From NCBI RefSeq assembly GCF_964355755.1, contig NC_092671.1, positions 18,910,001-18,974,000 on the forward strand: 64,000 nucleotides of DNA. Reading direction: 5' to 3'. The position numbers and the translations under genes are program-made. Origin of the DNA: Antedon mediterranea (taxonomy: Eukaryota; Animalia; Echinodermata). Shown piece after piece: positions 47,206 to 58,580 of this stretch (within the stretch, counting starts at the first letter, position 1; every line of letters starts with the position of its first letter). Below the pieces are notes generated by a model, which worked only from the letters and a program-made list of their open reading frames with translations, did not search any database and was not told the DNA's origin.

Positions 47206-47899
47206 TTTTTCGGAACTAGAGATAAATGCAATGTATTGCGTCTGGTCAGATGAAAGGGGATACCCGTACATTTATAGATAATTAAAAGATAAAGGTGTTA
47301 GCAAAATGAACAGGTACAATTACTTTGGCTAACATGCAGTGCTTGTTGAAGGCATGGCCTGATGAAGGAATTTCAATGTATTGGTGTACATGTTTCGAGA
47401 TGTTTTGATGTTGCACATAATGTTGTGTTATGTTCCTCCTGTGCTTGGATGATGGCTGTTGTTGATGAAGGATTCTGGTGGTGAGAGGATGCATTACCCA
47501 TACGGGGAATGCATCCTCTCACCTACTGATTTTGATGTTGGAAGTGAATGTTTAGGATAGTGTATGTACTCACATTGGTCATGTATGTGGCATCGTTGTT
47601 TAGTCTAATAGTGCATCTATCTGTCTGACGGCTTAGTTTTATCAACTATGAACTTGTCTTGATAAAAACATAAGTAAAAGCACTCGTCCTAAAAACCTAA
47701 CCCTTTAAATAATCTCTCTCAAACTAAAAAAAAATATTTTAAAAGATTGTCCAGTAGAGAATGTTCACAACCCCCTGTGCAATACCCTCAATACAAGCTC
47801 AATGAGCCATCCAGCTTGTCGATTCAATCGAGTTTTACTTTATATATGAATGAATAAAACATATTATACGTGACGTCACACAGGTACTTTTTGGCTCAG

Positions 47900-48251
47900 A
47901 TATATACTGATTCGTGTGGTTTCAGGGGTTACATTCGTTTTCCTGCATATCCGCCGCCACACACAAGAAAAAGAATGCTTATCTGACATAAGGAAATGCG
48001 ATACTGTCAAAGAGTGTTCAGACGGGCGCGATGAAGAGAGCTGCGGCAAGTGCATGAACTATCTGGAAGACAACCCGGGTTATTTCATTTCTCCGAATTT
48101 CCCAATGAATTATGGGAATAACCTAGACTGCCAATTGAAGATCATCGTGTCCGAGGGGAACACTATCCAGCTACAGTTTGTGGAGTTTGAGCTGGATGCT
48201 ATGTTGAATACGGATTATATCTGGTTTTACGACGGCGGCAGCGAATATGCA
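47900..48251 (+). CDS. Isolated exon: LDL-receptor class A repeat + N-terminal part of a CUB domain (possibly a pseudo-exon)
   Basis: ECLSDIRKCDTVKECSDGRDEESC (LDLa), then C...GYFISPNFPMNYGNNLDC..IIV..GNTIQLQFVEFEL...DYIWFYDG (CUB). Donor GCA|GTAAGT at 48252. The 5' end is uncertain, with a likely frameshift near 47960. Confidence 0.75.
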
Positions 48252-48274
48252 GTAAGTCAGCAAGAAAATATCAT

Positions 48275-48516
48275 AAAGCTCTGTCCACACTATCAAAATA
48301 GTTTGACAAAAAAAATGTGATATCATCTTGTCACATATTCTTGTCACATAAAGTTTGATAGTGTAGACAAGGCTTAAGGCTCTGTCTACACTTTCAAATT
48401 AGTTTGACAAAAAAAGGGTGTGATGTGCCCAAATATAGTAGTGATATGACATCATCATGTCATATATGGGCACATCACATTTTATTGTCGCATAAAGTTT
48501 TGTTTATTGTAGACAA
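48275..48516. mobile_element. Two tandem short palindromic MITEs (Harbinger-like)
   Basis: TIR GCTCTGTC(T/C)ACACT...AGTGTAGACA occurs twice, joined at a TAA. Internal palindrome tgtgatgtgccca...tgggcacatcaca. Confidence 0.65.
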
Positions 48517-48539
48517 TTTTTAAGATTCTAAAATATATA

Positions 48540-51500
48540 CACATATATTATTATTAGCAGTTGGTGTATTCATTTTTATTTTTATAGTTAAAATTGACGG
48601 GGAGCTAATGTACAGATATAGCAAATAAGGTTATATTTATTATCAAATATTTCTTTTGTCATTAGGCCCTATAATTAACTGATATTTATTTATATTAACG
48701 AAATTATATGTTTTCAATTCTAAATATTGATAATTTTAATTATGAAGACGAAAATACAACCGCATTTAACTATAAGGAAAACTATTACTTTAGTATTGAT
48801 ACATTTAAATCCACGTTCAGTCAAACGTCAACTAATAGTTTTTCTATGTTTGCATTAAACTGTAGAAGTATTGTTAACAAATTTGAAGAATTTAAAAATT
48901 ATGTATCCTCTCTCGATTTTGAATTTAATGTAATAGGACTTACTGAAACTTGGCTTTCAAGCAAACATCACCTTGGTTTATATACACTTCCAAACTATAC
49001 ACCTATCTTTAAAAACAGAGAAACCCAGACAGGGGGATGTGTAGCATTGTACATACACTCAAATATATCATATCAAATAAGAAATGACTTGTCTGCTATG
49101 ATAAACGAGGGAGAGTGCATTATAATTGAATTAAAAAATAATGATAAATCAATTATATGTGGAATAATCTACAGGCCCCCTAAAGCCCATATTCCAACAT
49201 TTAATAATCAACTTAGTGAATTAATGCACATGATAAACAATGAAAATAAAAAGGCATACCTTATGGGTGACTTTAACCTAGATCTACAAAAATATAACTG
49301 TGACAATAATGTTCAAACTCACGTAGACAACATGCTAACAGAATCTTTCATTCCACTAGTTAATAAACCCACCCGAATCACAAAAGATACCGCAACAGTA
49401 ATTGACAATATTTATACAAATTATCAGGAATTCCAAAATATTAACACAGGGATATTAGTTAACGACATATCTGACCACTTTGCAGTTTTCTGCATGGATG
49501 ATTCAGAAAATTATTCATTACCACGATCAGAAAAATTTATAATAAAAAGAAGCTATACTGATCAACAAAAACGGCAATTTAGACTTGAATTACAGGGCTA
49601 TGATTGGCAATATGTAACTAGCATTGAAAATTCGAATGAATCATATAAATGTTTCTCAGATTCTTTAAAAACAATGATAGATAAGCATTTCCCACTAAAA
49701 AGAGTTAGGTTAAAAGTAGATACAATTAAATCCCCGTGGATAACATATGGAATTCAAAAATCTCTTTGTACCAAAAATAAATTATACATCAAATATAAAC
49801 AGAAACCAACAGATATAAATAAATCTAAATATAAGAAATATAAGAATAAGTTAACATCAATAATAAGAGAAAGGAAAACTACTTATTACAAAAATGAATT
49901 TGAAAAGCACAAGAGTAATATAAAGAAAACATGGGGTGTCATAAACTCATTATTAGGTAGGATGAAACATCAAGACATGCCTCAAAAAATGAAAATCAAC
50001 TCCCATCAACTTAATGACCCAACATCCATAGCGAATGCGTTTAACACATACTTTATAAATATAGGTGACCAAATGACAGGTGATGATAACCGTAATAGTA
50101 ACACCGAATATAAAATACAACATGACATTTTGAATTCAATGTTTTTTAGAGCTGTATCCGAGTCCGATATCATTAAATACATTAATGACTTAAATGTAAA
50201 TAAGTCAAGTGGTTGTGATGACATAGGTACCATTTATATAAAAAATAACTCAGATATACTGGCTAAACCGTTATCTCATATAATCAATGTATCCCTTCAA
50301 TCGGGTGTATTTCCTTGTCAACTAAAAATTGCTAAAACAATTCCTGTGTATAAAAAAGGAGCAAGGGAGAACATAGAAAATTATAGACCGATATCGATAT
50401 TACCATGTATATCTAAGGTATTTGAAAGGGTCGTATATGACCAAACAATCGCTTTTTTGTGTAAATATGATATGTTACATGAATCTCAATATGGATTCAG
50501 GGCAGGTCATTCAACTAACCACGCCCTCCTACAAGTCCTTGATAAAATAACAACAGCCGTTGACAACAAGCAATTTATGATTGGCGTATTTTTGGATTTA
50601 TCCAAGGCGTTCGATTCGATAGATCATGAATTATTGCTCACAAAATTGCCCCATTATGGAATAAGAGGCGTGGTTCTTGATTGGTACCGAAGCTACCTTA
50701 GAGAAAGACAACAATTCGTACAAATTGGGAAGTGTCAGTCTGTAACCAAAATAATAAAACAAGGCGTTCCACAAGGGTCAATCCTTGGACCCCTGCTGTT
50801 TTTGATTTTCATAAATGACATGTTTTCTGTAAGTAATGTCGTTGATTTAATAATGTTTGCAGATGATACGAATATGTTTTTACAACACAATGATATCGTC
50901 ACTGCCTTTACAATAATGACAAATGAACTAAATAAAATTGAGAAATGGTGTAAAACTAATAGATTAACTATTAATACAACCAAGACTACGTATATGTTAT
51001 TTAGTGGAAAGAATACCAACATTGACACATCCCAATTTGTACTTTCAATAAATAGAGTTTCAATAGACAGAGTACCATATACTAAATTTCTCGGTGTCGT
51101 CATTGATGAGAAACTGAACTTTAGACACCATACAAATGCAGTTTCTTGTAAAGCATCCTCAATAATTGGTGCCATGTGTCATATAAAAAAATTAGTATCT
51201 ACTGAAGTGTTACTTACCATATACAAGACACTTATATTACCAGTGTTGACATATGGTATTATTGTATGGGGTGCGGGGAACAAAGACAATTTGGATCGCC
51301 TTCTATTGCTTCAAAAAAAAGCTCTTAGGATCATTTGTAAGGTAGACTTTCATCATCCCTCTTCTCAGCTCTTTGTGAAAACGGGCACATTTAATATATT
51401 TGATTTGTATAAAAACAGTGTTTTAAATTTTATGTTTAAATACCAAAAAGGACAACTTCCAAAATGTTTTAATTCTTTATTCAATTTATTTGATAATTAT

Positions 51501-52018
51501 CATACATATAACACTCGAAATAAAGACAATTATTGTATAAAATTAAAATCAACTAATATGGGTCAGCAAAGTATAGCATATAGAGGACCTAAGCTATGGA
51601 ATCAACTTATAAGAAATATAAGAGAGAGTGAAAATATATCAATATTTAAAAAACTATTACTAAATAAGTGCATTAATAGTTATAAAGAAACAATATATCT
51701 ATGCGAAAACAACATTTGTAAAATATGTCTAACTTTAACTTAATTAATTACATTTTTGTATATATTCTGAGACTGATGTATATATATATGTTATATTATA
51801 GTACGTTGTATTTTCCTTCATTTATTTACTACATGAAAACATTTTTTGTAATATATTTGTAAATTTATATTTTAAGTTAGGGTGCCACAGATTAAAAGCT
51901 TTGCTTGCTTGTGGTTATCCTGTTTTTCACACTTTATTGTACTTAATCTTTTATTTATATTTTTAAGAATGTTGTGTGAAAAATAAAAGAATCAATCAAT
52001 CAAAAAAAATCAATCAAA
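48540..52018 (+). mobile_element. L2/Crack-type LINE element
   Basis: The ORF above plus an AT-rich 3'UTR ending AATAAA...(AATC)n. No ORF1 upstream; the 5' boundary is approximate. Confidence 0.8.
48708..51743 (+). CDS. L2/Crack-type LINE APE endonuclease + reverse transcriptase, intact ORF
   Basis: 1011-aa ATG-initiated ORF with NCRS, LTETW, IYRPP, GDFN, IDNI, SDH, NYRPIS, QYGFR, DLSKAFD, GVPQGSILGP, FADD, KFLGV, YGIIVWG, HTYNTR. Confidence 0.93.
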   Translation: MFSILNIDNFNYEDENTTAFNYKENYYFSIDTFKSTFSQTSTNSFSMFALNCRSIVNKFEEFKNYVSSLDFEFNVIGLTETWLSSKHHLGLYTLPNYTPIFKNRETQTGGCVALYIHSNISYQIRNDLSAMINEGECIIIELKNNDKSIICGIIYRPPKAHIPTFNNQLSELMHMINNENKKAYLMGDFNLDLQKYNCDNNVQTHVDNMLTESFIPLVNKPTRITKDTATVIDNIYTNYQEFQNINTGILVNDISDHFAVFCMDDSENYSLPRSEKFIIKRSYTDQQKRQFRLELQGYDWQYVTSIENSNESYKCFSDSLKTMIDKHFPLKRVRLKVDTIKSPWITYGIQKSLCTKNKLYIKYKQKPTDINKSKYKKYKNKLTSIIRERKTTYYKNEFEKHKSNIKKTWGVINSLLGRMKHQDMPQKMKINSHQLNDPTSIANAFNTYFINIGDQMTGDDNRNSNTEYKIQHDILNSMFFRAVSESDIIKYINDLNVNKSSGCDDIGTIYIKNNSDILAKPLSHIINVSLQSGVFPCQLKIAKTIPVYKKGARENIENYRPISILPCISKVFERVVYDQTIAFLCKYDMLHESQYGFRAGHSTNHALLQVLDKITTAVDNKQFMIGVFLDLSKAFDSIDHELLLTKLPHYGIRGVVLDWYRSYLRERQQFVQIGKCQSVTKIIKQGVPQGSILGPLLFLIFINDMFSVSNVVDLIMFADDTNMFLQHNDIVTAFTIMTNELNKIEKWCKTNRLTINTTKTTYMLFSGKNTNIDTSQFVLSINRVSIDRVPYTKFLGVVIDEKLNFRHHTNAVSCKASSIIGAMCHIKKLVSTEVLLTIYKTLILPVLTYGIIVWGAGNKDNLDRLLLLQKKALRIICKVDFHHPSSQLFVKTGTFNIFDLYKNSVLNFMFKYQKGQLPKCFNSLFNLFDNYHTYNTRNKDNYCIKLKSTNMGQQSIAYRGPKLWNQLIRNIRESENISIFKKLLLNKCINSYKETIYLCENNICKICLTLT

Positions 52019-52615
52019 TTGATTTGTGGATAATATATCAACTAATGCTGTCTACAGCAAACATTTGTTTATTTATTTATTTGTGGTAATCTAAATCTGT
52101 TTGTTTACATCCTGTAGGATCGGTTTGGACCTTATTTTGGAGCAAAATCAATCCTCTTGAATCCATTCTAAGGCGTTCCATGCGATACAATGTCAAAATG
52201 TTGGCTACAACATACATATCTGGGACATTTTGTAGGTCATTACCTGGTCAGAAAATGAGTCTGGATTTTGTAAGCTATGCAGCAATCAGGTAATTGAAAC
52301 TACAGACCATTTTCTATTTGAATGTTCAAACCCTAAGCATGTAAGAGATAACTTACTAAACAATGATTTATTGTATTGTGGTTATGATAGGCCTATATAC
52401 TGGGAGAATTTTAGAAGTTGTATTGTTGAATACCAACATCATATTTTACTTGATGACGTTTATTTAGAATTTCCATTTTGAGAAAATATGTGAAATTGTT
52501 GACTATCACTTTAAACAATACTTAACTGCTGCATTGAGACATAGAAAGACTACACTTATATAATATATAAATATTTACCGCCCACCATTTTATCTACTAA
52601 CTTTTATTTTACCAT

Positions 52616-54160
52616 TTAATTAATTGATTGTCTTATCCGAAAAATGCGGCCAGTTTGGTTCCTTTTAAATTTTTCAGTAGAATCAACCAATGAACAAGAT
52701 TTTCCGCAAAGGTGACTGCCCAAATTGTGGCTGTCATGAGAGTTAATTTCACTCTTAAATTGGGATCTGACTAATATATCACGAAGGTTGGGAGGTCTAC
52801 GAAATGCAATAATGGGTGGTTCCGGAAAAACAGTCCTGAGACGTTCTGTGGACTGTAGAATGGGCGTATGTTTCTCAATAATAGCCCGTAATGGAGGCAA
52901 CCCAGGGTGATAGGTTGTGACCAATGGCACTCTGGTCGAATTTGGCTGACGTGGTTTGCACGTCAGTGTTTGACTTTTGGCTTTCTTTATAGCACTTTCG
53001 ATGTATTCCTTCTTGTAATTTCTATTCCGGAGAGGTCCGGTTAGTTCTTCGGTACGATTCTGAAAATCTAAATCTGAAGAAGAGATACGTCTGATACGTA
53101 ATGCTTGACTGTACGGTATGTTTTTAGTACAGTGTCGGGGATGACAACTGCTAGGGAGCAGGTACATATTTTTATCCGTGGGTTTACGGAATGGGTCAGT
53201 TTTGAGTGTACCATTTTCTATGGTCACTGTAGTATCCAAAAAATCAACGCTACTTGTGGATTTGGTAGCTGTAAATTTGATAGTTGGGTGTGCTGAATAA
53301 ATATTGAGATGAAAAAATTCAAAATTATCTTCACCATGGGTCCAGATCATGAAGATGTCGTCAATGTATCTAAACCAAACAAGTGGTTTATTAGGTTGGA
53401 GGGACAGAAAATTGGCCTCAAATTGTCCCATAAATAAATTTGCAAAAGTTGGCGCCATGTTTGTGCCCATCGACGTGCCTTGAATTTGAAGGTAATGGTC
53501 ATTTCCAAAAATAACATTGTTGTTGGTTAAAATCAACATGACCAGTTCTGGTACATGAGCTTTAGTATTGGTTAATTTTGCGGATAAAGTCCGTGGAGTC
53601 CTGAATGTATGAAGGGAGATCAGTCACATATGGTCTTAGTAAATCATCCACATATTCAGAAATTTTCTCTGTAGCAGTGCCATTGCCCGAAATAATGTGT
53701 CTACCAGGATTGCCTGCTTTGTGGATTTTAGGTAGGAAATCTGCCTGGAACTGGATTGACCTGTGCCAAATGAGGTCCAATCTTAGGATCGATGGAGTGT
53801 TTTTTTACCATCACAGAAACAGATTTGGCTACCTTATCCGCAATTTCCGGGGTGGGATCCGTTGTAATGAAGAGGATTGTTTAGCTTTCTTAAGGACTCC
53901 TCTTCATAAAATTTGATGTTTATAGAAACAGCGGGTTTAATGATGATATCATTACGCTGACGCAATGGCCTGCCTCTCTTGTTTTGAGAGATTGTCACGT
54001 TTATCAGAACTCGGGACAACGATTTTTAGATGGATTCCATGAAATTTTTGGTTTAAATTTGTTAACGTTGCCTTCGTTTTGCGTGGTGCTGCTGTCTGAA
54101 TCAGCAAAAAAATTACGTAATAGTAATCTTCTGGAGAAAGAAGAAAGAAATCTCTCATAA
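52616..54160 (-). mobile_element. Penelope-like retroelement remnant
   Basis: [88 protein letters not shown]. Truncated before GIY-YIG. Confidence 0.9.
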
Positions 54161-54220
54161 TCGCGTCGAGCATAGCTCATTGGCGAAAGTTCCGTATTTT
54201 TTAATTGTATGAAAAAATGT

Positions 54221-54284
54221 CTCTGACGGGATTCGAACAACCTCTCGCTTACAGGACGAGTATCATACCACTAGACCACAGAGC
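54221..54284 (-). pseudogene. tRNA-derived sequence (tRNA-Pro-like pseudogene or SINE head)
   Basis: The minus strand reads GCTCTG TGGTCTAGTGG TATGATACTCG...CGAGAGG TT GTTCGAATCC CGTCAGAG: A box, B box and a CTCTG/CAGAG stem. The T-stem 5' side is deleted. Confidence 0.65.
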
Positions 54285-54669
54285 TATGGCAAGCCAAGTC
54301 CGCCAAAAGTCCTCAATCCATACCATTCAACAACAATACATTCATGTAAACAATCAACGTGAACCTACATCATTCACCGTCCAGCCACACCATTTGTTAT
54401 CATTTCATTCAATTCATTGTCAAGTAAAACCATTCATTGTCAAGCCATGCATTGTCATGTGAAATCATTCATCGTCAAACCAACCCATTCATCGTGAAGT
54501 CACATCGGTCGCCGTCAAGTCAAACGATTCATCCAAAAATCATTCATCGTGAAGCCAGATCGTTCATCGCGAAACCAAACCCTTCACCATGAAGTCAAAT
54601 TGTTCATCGCCAGACCAATCACCGTGAAGCCAAACCAATCATTATGAATCTATTTGTTTCATGACCAAG

Positions 54670-55482
54670 CCAAACCGTTCGTCTTCAAGTCATTCATCGT
54701 TACGTCATTCATCATTAAGTCGTTCGTCCACGAGTCATTCGTCTCTAAGTCGTTTTTCGTTACGTTATTCGTCTTCAAGTCGTTCGTGCTTAAGTCGTTC
54801 ATCTTCAAGTCGCTCGTCCTAGTCATTCATCATTTAAGTCAGTCATCAGTAAGTCAGTCATCATTAAGTCATTCATCATTAAGTCATTCATCATTAAGTC
54901 GTTCGTCCTCAAGTCAGTCATCATTAAGTCATTCATCCTCAAGTCGTTCATTCTCAAGTCGTTCGTCCTAAAGTCATTCATCATTAAGTCATTCATCATT
55001 AAATCATTCATCATTAAGTCGTTCGTCCTCAAGTCGTTCGTCCTCAAGTCATTCATCATTAAGTCGTTCATCATTAAGTCATTCATCATTAAGTCGTTCG
55101 TCCTCAAGTCGTTCGTCCTCAAGTCATTCATTATTAAGTCATTCATCATTAAGTCGTTCGTCCTCAAGTCATTCGTTCTCAAGTCGTTCATCATTAAGTC
55201 GTTCATCATTAAGTCATTCATAATTAAGTCGTTCGTCCTAAAGTTGTTCATCATCAAGTCGTTGGTCCTCAAGTTGTTCATCATAAAGTAGTTTGTCCTC
55301 AAGTTGTTCATCATCAAGTCGTTCGTCTTTAAGTCATTCGTCTTCAAGTCATTCGGCCTAAAGTTGTTCATCATCAAGTCGTTCGTCTTCAAGTCGTCCG
55401 CCCTCAAGTCATTCATCATAAAGTCGTTTGTCCTCAAGTTGTTCATCATAAAGTCGTTTGTCCCCAAGTCGTTCATCGTCAT
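54670..55482. repeat. 15-bp minisatellite (aagtcgttcgtcctc / aagtcattcatcatt), left arm
   Basis: Dozens of tandem 15-mers. Confidence 0.95.
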
Positions 55483-57242
55483 GCACCAATGATTGCACTA
55501 CCGATTTGAAGATTTGGACGATTCTATTATTGATAGGGCAGCGAAAATAATCGTACTGCATTTATTTTTATGTAACTCATTGATGTATGTAACTCTTCAC
55601 AAAATAATAACAATAATAACTTAAAGCCAGGATCTCAATTTTAGCTACAAAATCGATGAAAGACAGAATTTCAATACAAAATGCTTGTATTATAGCACAA
55701 TTGCTTACTTTAAAAACTCAATACTGTACTAACTCCACGTCAGATCTGACTCATCTATCCAATTTTACAGTATTCCTAGATAACACAGGCTATAAAACTT
55801 TCTTATTCCACACCACAAAACCCACAAAATGGACCATTTGTTATGGAAACCTAGATAAAGGAGGTACAGTCTTAATTAATTAAGATATTAATTAATCAAC
55901 ATTGCGCCTATGTGCAATTTTTTTTCGCGACCCAAACAATGTATTATTGATAAAAAGTTTCACCATCGGAGAAGATTTTACGACCCATCAATTTTTTGTT
56001 GACCCAAACGGCGCCATAGACCACCACTGTGGATTTCATTTTCATTATAGAGACTCTTCACTCTCAGCGTAGGAGAAAAGAAAAATATCTCCCCTAATAA
56101 TATTCCATAGAGATAAAAACAACTTTATATCAAAAGACATAAGGACTTTAAATTTATACAATAAAGGTTTTGTGATAGTCAAGATGTACCTGCACAAATC
56201 CTTATTGTGCGTTTTTGCAAATAAATATTACTAATTTGTGTTACTTCAGGACTTTTCTAGGGAATATGTTAGTTGTATGTTAAAGTGTTATAATGATGGT
56301 AAAATATGTTGAGAAAGATAAATACTTTAATTTACTTTTACAACAACATAGAAACAATATTAGAAATGCTATTCGTTGAGGCTGTCGACATAAGATAATA
56401 TAATACTAAACGAAATTTATTTTTATTTTTACATGTTTAATTAAATCCATGTTTAATTAAATCCTTATCAATTTTAATTGTTAGGGATTTATAAAGTATA
56501 TTGTTTTAAAAACGTTTAGTGACAATTAACTTGAACCATGTCGTGTACATATTATTTTCCAATTCATTATTGATAATTGTTGTTGTTATTTTTTGTATGT
56601 GAAACAAAAGGAGAAATTGAGGTCATTATAACAAGAAACACATTGCTTTCTGTCATCAAGGTATAATTTAGGTTGATACCATAAAGTTTATATGATCCCT
56701 AGTCAAAAATCTCACATGGGCACCCAATTGTTGCCTTTAGTTACATGTAGCGATACTCTAAAAGCAGTATTATTATCTTATTGTATTTAAGTTCATATTT
56801 ACTAGTAGCTTGTATATCCTCAATGATCATATCATTAGATTTTACACATTCCACACTCTGAATTAATCTCCTCTATCTAGGTTTCCATAATAACTGGTCC
56901 ATTTTGTGGGTTTGTGGTGGGGAATAAGAAATGTTTATAGCCTGACGTGTTATCTAGGAATACTGTGAAATTGGATAAATGAGTCAGATCTGTGTAGTTA
57001 GTATTGAGTTTTAAAGTAAGCAGTTGTGTTATAATTAATAAAAGCATTTTGTATTGGAATTCTGTGTTTCATCGATTTTGTAGCTAAAACTGAAAATCTG
57101 GGCTTAAGTTATTATTATTTTTTTAAGAGCTACATGCATCAATGAGTTACATAAAAATAAATGCAGTACGATTATTTTTGCTACCCTATCAATAATGGAA
57201 TCTTCAATCGGTAAACAAAGTCGGTAGTGCAATCATTGGTGC

Positions 57243-58120
57243 ATGACGATGAACGACTTGGGGACAAATGACTTGGGGACAACCGACTTGATGATGAACA
57301 ACTTTAGGACGAATGACTGAATGATAAACGACCTTATGATGAATGACTTGAGGGCGATCGACTTGAAGGCGATCGACTTGAGGGCGAACGACTTGATGAT
57401 GAACGACTTGGAGATAAACAACTTCAAGACGAACGAATTAAGTCTGTATTGCAATCATTATGACGATGAACGACTTGGGGACAAACGACTTGACGATGAA
57501 CAACTTTAGGACAAATGACTTGAGGACAAACGACCTTATGATGAATGACTTGAGGGCGAACGACTTGAAGACGAACGACTTGATGATGAACAACTTGAGG
57601 ACAAATGACTTGACGATGAACAACTTTAGGACGAACGACTTGAAGACGAACGACTTGGGGACGAACGACTTGATGGTGAACAACTTGAAGACAAACGACT
57701 TTATGATGAACCACTTGACGACCAACGACTTGATGATGAACAACTTTAGGACGAACGACTTAATGATGAATGACTTGAGGACGAACGACTTCATGATGAA
57801 TGATTTAATGATGAACGACTTAATGATGAATGACTTTAGGACGAACGACTTAATGATGAATGACGTAACGATAAATGACTTGAGTACGAACGACTTAATG
57901 ATGAATGACTTAATGATGACTGACTTAATGATGAACGACTTGAGGACGAACGACTTGAGGACGAACGACTTGAAGACGAACGACTTAAGGACGAACGACT
58001 TGAAGACGAATGACTTGAGGACGAACGACTAGAAGTCGAACGACTTTGAGACGAACGACTCGAGGACAAACGACTTAATGATGAATGACGTAACGACGAA
58101 TGACTTGAAGACGAACGAGT
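57243..58120. repeat. 15-bp minisatellite, inverted copy, right arm
   Basis: gaggacgaacgactt / aatgatgaatgactt tandem units. The array head is duplicated at ~57450. Confidence 0.95.
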
Positions 58121-58580
58121 TGGCTTGGTCATGAAACAAATAGATTCATGGTGATTGGTTTGGCTTCACGGTGATTGGTCTGGCGATGAACAATTTGACT
58201 TTGTGGTGAAGGGTTTGGTTTCGCGATGAACGATCTGGCTTCACGATGAATGATTTTTCGATGAATCGTTTGACTTGACGGCGACCGATGTGACTTCACG
58301 ATGAATGGGTTGGTTTGACAATGAATGATTTCACATGACTATGCATGGCTTGACAATGACTGGTTTTACTTGACAATGAATTGAATGAAATGATAACAAA
58401 TGGTGTGGCTGGACGGTGAATGATGTAGGTTCACGTTGATTGTTTACATGAATGTATTGTTGTTGAATGGTATGGATTGAGGAGTTTTGGCGGATTTGGC
58501 TTGCCATACAGAGCCATATGGTATTTTCACAGATTTTTACCCACCAGATACATTCTCTCATACAACAAACTCCCTCACCA

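Larger units (their letters stand above)
54285..58510. mobile_element. ~4.2-kb foldback element: ~1.6-kb inverted arms containing 15-bp minisatellite arrays around a ~1-kb AT-rich core
   Basis: 54285-55860 is the reverse complement of ~56870-58510 in both the unique and the tandem parts. No coding motifs were seen in the core. Confidence 0.85.

Noticed and set aside
47210-47700. Possible further Penelope-like remnant
   Set aside because: Only vague similarity; no diagnostic RT or GIY-YIG motif could be read.
10349-51175. Numerous short ORFs antisense to LINE, BEL and actin coding regions
   Set aside because: They are shadow frames of real ORFs with no independent motifs.
54221-54284. Functional tRNA gene
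   Set aside because: The T-arm is partly deleted and the anticodon stem is mispaired.
54670-58120. CRISPR-like array
   Set aside because: The units are head-to-tail with no unique spacers, there are no cas genes, and the context is eukaryotic.
54654-58132. ORFs of MMNDLRTND, KSFVLKSFII and poly-Ser repeats
   Set aside because: They are translations of a 15-bp minisatellite, open in several frames on both strands, with no splice or domain evidence.
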